A DNA stretch of 64,000 nucleotides from Candidatus Eiseniibacteriota bacterium (GTDB lineage: Bacteria; Eisenbacteria; RBG-16-71-46; SZUA-252): positions 3,040,001 through 3,104,000 of the forward strand of contig OY969801.1 of NCBI GenBank assembly GCA_963703225.1, in the 5' to 3' direction. Under the pieces are notes generated by a model. That model did no database searches, had not been told where the DNA came from, and was given only the letters and a program-made list of their open reading frames with translations. Position numbers and translations under genes: made by a program. Below, piece after piece: positions 59,714 to 64,000 of the stretch. The stretch's first letter is position 1. Each line of letters opens with the position of its first letter.

Positions 59714-62140
59714 TTACTGCGCAGCGGCCGCCAGCTTTGCCGACGCTTCCTCGGCAGCCTTCTGGTCCGCGGCGGCGACCTTGGCCTCGCCGAGGTCGAT
59801 GACGAATTTGTTCAGCGTCCCGGTGAACCGGAACGGCATCTTGCTCGCGTAGTCCTCGACCACGGGCGTACCGGTGTCTTCGCCCACGTCAAAGGTCTCG
59901 TCGAGAGAGAAGCGGTTTGGAATGGTGCGCTCGATGCGCCCCTGGGCGACTTGCTTGCCGTCCACCGTGAGCGTACCGAGCCCTCCCTTACCTCTCCCCT
60001 CACCGTCGTACTTGAAGTCGAAATGGATCGTGTGTTCGCCGGGTGCGATTCGCTGTGTCGAAGCGATCCGGTACTTGTGCTGCGGCTGATTGGAGAACGC
60101 GTGAATGAATTCCGGCCTGCCGTCCATCATCAGAAGGCCCCAGCCGCCGAACCGCCCGCCCTGGGTCGCGATGACCCCGCTTGCTCCACCAGCCGGGATC
60201 TCCACCTCCGCCGTCATGCTGTACGAGGTGTTCTTCACGTTCGGCGTCGTGCCCTCGGGAATGCGGATCATGCCGGGGTAATAGGTGAACTCGGTCCGGC
60301 CGCGCGTAAGGCTCGGGCGGATCGCCGGATCGACGCGCGCGATGAACGACGCGTCAAGCGGGTAGACATCGTACTTCTTGGCCTCGGTGTCGAACACCGC
60401 CTGCAGCTCCTTGAGCTTCGCGGGGTTCTCCGCCGCCAAATCCTTCGACTCCGAGAAATCCTCCGCCACGTGGTAGAGCTCCCACTTGAAGTCGTCGGGG
60501 CTCGATTCCGTCCCCGCCATCCAGGGCAGGCGCATGGGGGTCGTGCACGCCACCCACCCATCGTGGTAGACGGCGCGGTTCGCGAGCATCTCGAAGTATT
60601 GAGTGGTATGCGCCGAGGGGGCGTCGGCCTTGTCAAAGGCGTAGACCATGCTGACGCCTTCGACCGGCTTCTGCCCGACGCCGTTCATCACGTCCGGAAA
60701 CGGGATCCCGGTCGCCTCGCAGATGGTCGGCACGATGTCGATCACGTGGTGAAACTGGGACCGGATCTCGCCCTTGGCCTTGATCCGCTCGGGCCACGAG
60801 ATGACGAGCCCGTTTCGCGTGCCGCCAAAGTGGGACGCCACCTGCTTGGTCCACTGAAAGGGCGTGCACATCGCGTGCGCCCAGCCGACCGGATAGTGGT
60901 TGTAGGTCGTCGGGCCTCCGAGCTGATCCATGACGGAGGTGAGATACGCCTCACTCTCCACGACCCCGTTCGCCGCCACGCCGACTTCATTGCTGAGACC
61001 CTGCAGGGTCCCCTCGGCGCTCGCGCCGTTGTCTCCTTGGATGAAGATGATGAGTGTGTTGTCCAGCTCGCCCGTCTCCTTGACGGCGTCGATGACGCGG
61101 CCGATCTCATGGTCGCAGTGAGCCAGCGCCGCGGCGTACACCTCCATCATGTGCGCGTAGAGCTTCTTCTGAGCGGGCGTGAGCGAATCCCAAGCGGGAA
61201 TCTCCTTGGGCCGCGGCGTCAGCACGGTGTTCTCCGGAGCGATGCCCATCTTCTTCTGCCGCTCGAGGGTCTCCTCTCGCACTTTATCCCAGCCTTGGTC
61301 GAACTGCCCCTTGAACTTGGCGATCCAGTCCTTTGGCGCGTGGTGCGGAGCGTGCGCGGTGCCGGTGGTGTAGTAGGCGAAGAAGGGCTTGTTTGGCGCC
61401 ATCGCGTTCTGCGTGCGGATCCAGTTGATCGCGTGGTCGGCCATCAATTCATCGAAGTGCTTTGGATTCGGGCCGAGCTGTTCCTCCGCCTCGACCGGGC
61501 GCGTGTTCTCGAAGATCGCGGAGTGCCATTGGTCGGTGTCGCCGCCGATGAAGCCGTAGAAGTAGTCAAACCCGAGACCCGTCGGCCAGAGGTCGAACGG
61601 ACCGGCCTGGCTGGTCTGCCAGTCGGGAACGTTGTGGTTCTTGCCGTACCAGGACGTGCTGTAGCCATTCTCCCGGAGCACTTCTCCAATGGTGCCGCAG
61701 CTCTTCGACATCAGCGAGGTGTAGCCGGGGTAGCCCGTTGCCATCTCCGTGATGACGCCGGTGGCGCATGAATGATGGTTACGTCCCGTGATCAGCGCGG
61801 CCCGCGTCGGAGAGCAAAGGGCCGTGGTGTGGAATTGGTTGAAGCGCAGCCCGTTTGCCGCCAGCGCATCCAGCGTCGGAGTGGGAATCGGTCCGCCGAA
61901 CGGCGATGAAGCCCCAAATCCCACGTCGTCCGTCATGATGAGGAGGACATTGGGCGCACCCTTCGGCGCCTCGGTGGGTTTCGGGAAGTCGGGCTTCGAG
62001 TCCTTTACCGTCCTCTCGATGGTGCCCGCGAACTTCTCTTCCGCCCGCGGGAGAATCGATTGCCCGCTCTTGGCGCATCCCGTGAGCACGAATGCCCAGG
62101 ATAGGAGCAGCGGCATCAAGGCATTCAGCTTTCGCGACAT
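59714..62140 (-). CDS. long-form arylsulfatase lipoprotein
   Basis: Lipobox LTGC; MTDDVG, LCSPTR, GDNG; paralogue of 29959..32331. Confidence 0.95.
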   Translation of the reverse strand: MSRKLNALMPLLLSWAFVLTGCAKSGQSILPRAEEKFAGTIERTVKDSKPDFPKPTEAPKGAPNVLLIMTDDVGFGASSPFGGPIPTPTLDALAANGLRFNQFHTTALCSPTRAALITGRNHHSCATGVITEMATGYPGYTSLMSKSCGTIGEVLRENGYSTSWYGKNHNVPDWQTSQAGPFDLWPTGLGFDYFYGFIGGDTDQWHSAIFENTRPVEAEEQLGPNPKHFDELMADHAINWIRTQNAMAPNKPFFAYYTTGTAHAPHHAPKDWIAKFKGQFDQGWDKVREETLERQKKMGIAPENTVLTPRPKEIPAWDSLTPAQKKLYAHMMEVYAAALAHCDHEIGRVIDAVKETGELDNTLIIFIQGDNGASAEGTLQGLSNEVGVAANGVVESEAYLTSVMDQLGGPTTYNHYPVGWAHAMCTPFQWTKQVASHFGGTRNGLVISWPERIKAKGEIRSQFHHVIDIVPTICEATGIPFPDVMNGVGQKPVEGVSMVYAFDKADAPSAHTTQYFEMLANRAVYHDGWVACTTPMRLPWMAGTESSPDDFKWELYHVAEDFSESKDLAAENPAKLKELQAVFDTEAKKYDVYPLDASFIARVDPAIRPSLTRGRTEFTYYPGMIRIPEGTTPNVKNTSYSMTAEVEIPAGGASGVIATQGGRFGGWGLLMMDGRPEFIHAFSNQPQHKYRIASTQRIAPGEHTIHFDFKYDGEGRGKGGLGTLTVDGKQVAQGRIERTIPNRFSLDETFDVGEDTGTPVVEDYASKMPFRFTGTLNKFVIDLGEAKVAAADQKAAEEASAKLAAAAQ

Positions 62141-62182
62141 CTCACTGCCTCCGTGGTTCAACTGCACCCATTTCGCCGGCTC

Positions 62183-62996
62183 CTAGAAGTGGAAGCCGAT
62201 GCCCAGCTCGGGACCGAACGTGACCATGTCGTACTTGAATTCGTCGTTTCCGGTGCCGGTCTTGTAGTCCATGCCGAAGGCCCGGTAGGACAGGCCGACG
62301 TCGAGATCGCTCTCCGCGTGGTAGCAAAGGACCGGATAGACCTGCCAGGCGAAGTCGGATCCGATCCCGAATCCGCCGACGTTTCCCGTGAGCGTGAGCC
62401 CCCACTTCGGCGACTTGAGGACCTCCACGCGCGCCCCCACCGTCGGATCCACCCAGGTCTTGCTGTCATGGTTGTCGACGGCGATCGGGCCGGTCGTCTC
62501 GAGCCCGGCGCTCAGGTGGTTCAGCGTGGCTCCGATCGATGCTTCAAGCCTGGGCCCAACCCGGCGATAGACCGTCGCCATGTAGCCCGACTGCTTCATG
62601 TCGACGTTGTAGGTCCCGAGGGCCGTGAATCCGTCCTGCCCGAGGTCCATGTAGAGAATGTCGAGCCCGAACGCCAGCGGGCCCTTCCGCGCCTCCGAGT
62701 AGATCATGAAGCCGAAGTCGATGTGATCGAAGATGTCGTCGGGGCTCGCGCTCACGTCCAACGTGACGGGGCCGACGCCGGTCGTCCCGTCCATGTTCGG
62801 GGCGAGGAAATAGGGAGCGATGAGGTAGGTCCACTTCTCGCCGCCAGAGGCGGGCGCGCTGTTCGCGGCTACGGTGCCCGCGGTCCGCAGCGGCGCCCGC
62901 CGTGTCAGGCGGCGCCGACATCATCTGCGCGTGGGCGGTCGAAGCGAGCCCGACGACGAGGAGTGTGGCCAGGATGACGCGCAACGCTGCTCTCAT
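62183..62996 (-). CDS. outer-membrane beta-barrel protein (+1 frameshift near 62886)
   Basis: Signal peptide (AHA), WTYLIAPY, WVDPTVG, C-terminal GIGFHF. Confidence 0.8.
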
Positions 62997-63013
62997 ACTT
63001 CCTCCCTGAATGA

Positions 63014-63676
63014 TTACGCCCGCCGCCGCTTCCCGTTCGTCGACGGCTTCGCGTGCAAGGCGTTGATGGCGAAGGCGAGGCTCTCCAGCTCGATGGATAG
63101 ATTGACCGTGCGAAGTGCGACAGACGGGGGAATTTGGATACGCCTGTGAGCGAAGTTCAAGATACCACGCATCCCGGCGGCGACCAAGCGTTCTGCCACC
63201 GACTGGGCCGCGCGCGCCGGGACCGCGATCACGCCGATCTCCAATCCGAGCCGCGCTGCCTCTTCTCCAAGATCGTCAACGTGCCGGATGGTGAGGTCGC
63301 GCCATCGTTGTCCCACACGGTCGGGACTCACGTCGAACACCCCGACGATGTCGAATCCCTGGCGGCGGAATTCCTTGTAGGAGTAAAGCGCCGAGCCGAT
63401 GTTCCCGGCCCCGACCAGCGCCACTTTCCACCGGCGGTTGAGCCCCAGGATGAGGCGGATTTCCTTGCGGAGGCGGGAAACGCCGTAGCCGAGGCCGCGC
63501 TTCCCGAAATTCCCGAAGTAGGAGAGGTCTTTCCGAACCTGGGCGGAGGTGACGCCGCTCTGGTGGGCTAGTCCCTGCGAGGAGATCGTGCCGAGTCCGT
63601 CGGATTCCAGCTCTTCCAGGACTCGGTAGTATCCGGACAGCCTGCGGATCGTTGACGCGGAAATGCGCGGGTCCAG
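63014..63676 (-). CDS. rex: redox-sensing transcriptional repressor Rex (apparent CTG start)
   Basis: ISASTIRRLSGYYR, SAQVRKDLSYFG.FGKRGLGY, VGAGNIG, GILNFA. Confidence 0.93.
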   Translation of the reverse strand: MDPRISASTIRRLSGYYRVLEELESDGLGTISSQGLAHQSGVTSAQVRKDLSYFGNFGKRGLGYGVSRLRKEIRLILGLNRRWKVALVGAGNIGSALYSYKEFRRQGFDIVGVFDVSPDRVGQRWRDLTIRHVDDLGEEAARLGLEIGVIAVPARAAQSVAERLVAAGMRGILNFAHRRIQIPPSVALRTVNLSIELESLAFAINALHAKPSTNGKRRRA

Positions 63677-64000
63677 CTATTCCTCCTCGCCTTCCTCCGT
63701 CTCCTCGACGCGCGCGACGTCGATGAGCTGGTCCCCCTCCTCGAGATTGATCAGGCGAACGCCCTGCGTGTTCCGTCCGATCTCCGAGATGCCCTTCACC
63801 TGGGTCCGGATGACGATCCCGCCGCGGCGTGATGAACATCACCTCGTCGTCGGTCACCACCTCGAGCGCGGCGACCACCTTGCCGTTTCGCTCGGTTGTC
63901 TGGATGGAGATGATCCCCTTCCCGCCGCGGCCGGTGATCCGGTATTCCGAGATCGGCGAGCGCTTGCCGTAGCCGTTCTCGGTGGCGACCAGCACGGACG
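63677..64000 (-). CDS. gyrA: DNA gyrase subunit A, 3' end (partial; +1 frameshift near 63826)
   Basis: TENGYGKRS..EYRITGRGGKG, IGRNTQGVRLINL, acidic tail. Confidence 0.92.

Noticed and set aside
63014..64000. GyrA-Rex fusion by TAG readthrough or pyrrolysine
   Set aside because: GyrA ends in its normal acidic tail, and an SD plus CTG explains rex; no pyl genes seen

Overview
High-GC bacterial chromosomal window. A FlgD-Ig-tailed S8 protease, a beta-helix protein and many lipoproteins suggest an Eisenbacteria/Latescibacterota-like lineage, but this is inference. Positions 1-15.8 kb are a co-oriented run of small unrelated genes, some internally deleted, including a MerB-like gene with an in-frame TGA and a SECIS-like hairpin (probable selenoprotein). 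The middle holds fabF with an SRPBCC gene, asd, a large unknown outer-membrane protein, a bacteriocin-like precursor with a partner membrane gene, a sulfatase and lon. Upstream of lon lies an unannotated pair of 21-aa micropeptide genes encoding the identical peptide MAALALILFVVSFAGGGKAGW (only synonymous differences). They sit behind a sigma-54-type promoter and next to a sensor kinase whose phosphoacceptor His is replaced. The rest contains rlmD, M16/S11/M23 peptidases, a Ni-less Ehr (hydrogenase-4-like) operon beside crcB/DUF190, a third sulfatase, rex (apparent CTG start) and the 3' end of gyrA. Eleven +1 frameshifts, one in gyrA, are most likely sequencing errors. No rRNA, tRNA, CRISPR array or transposase was recognised.
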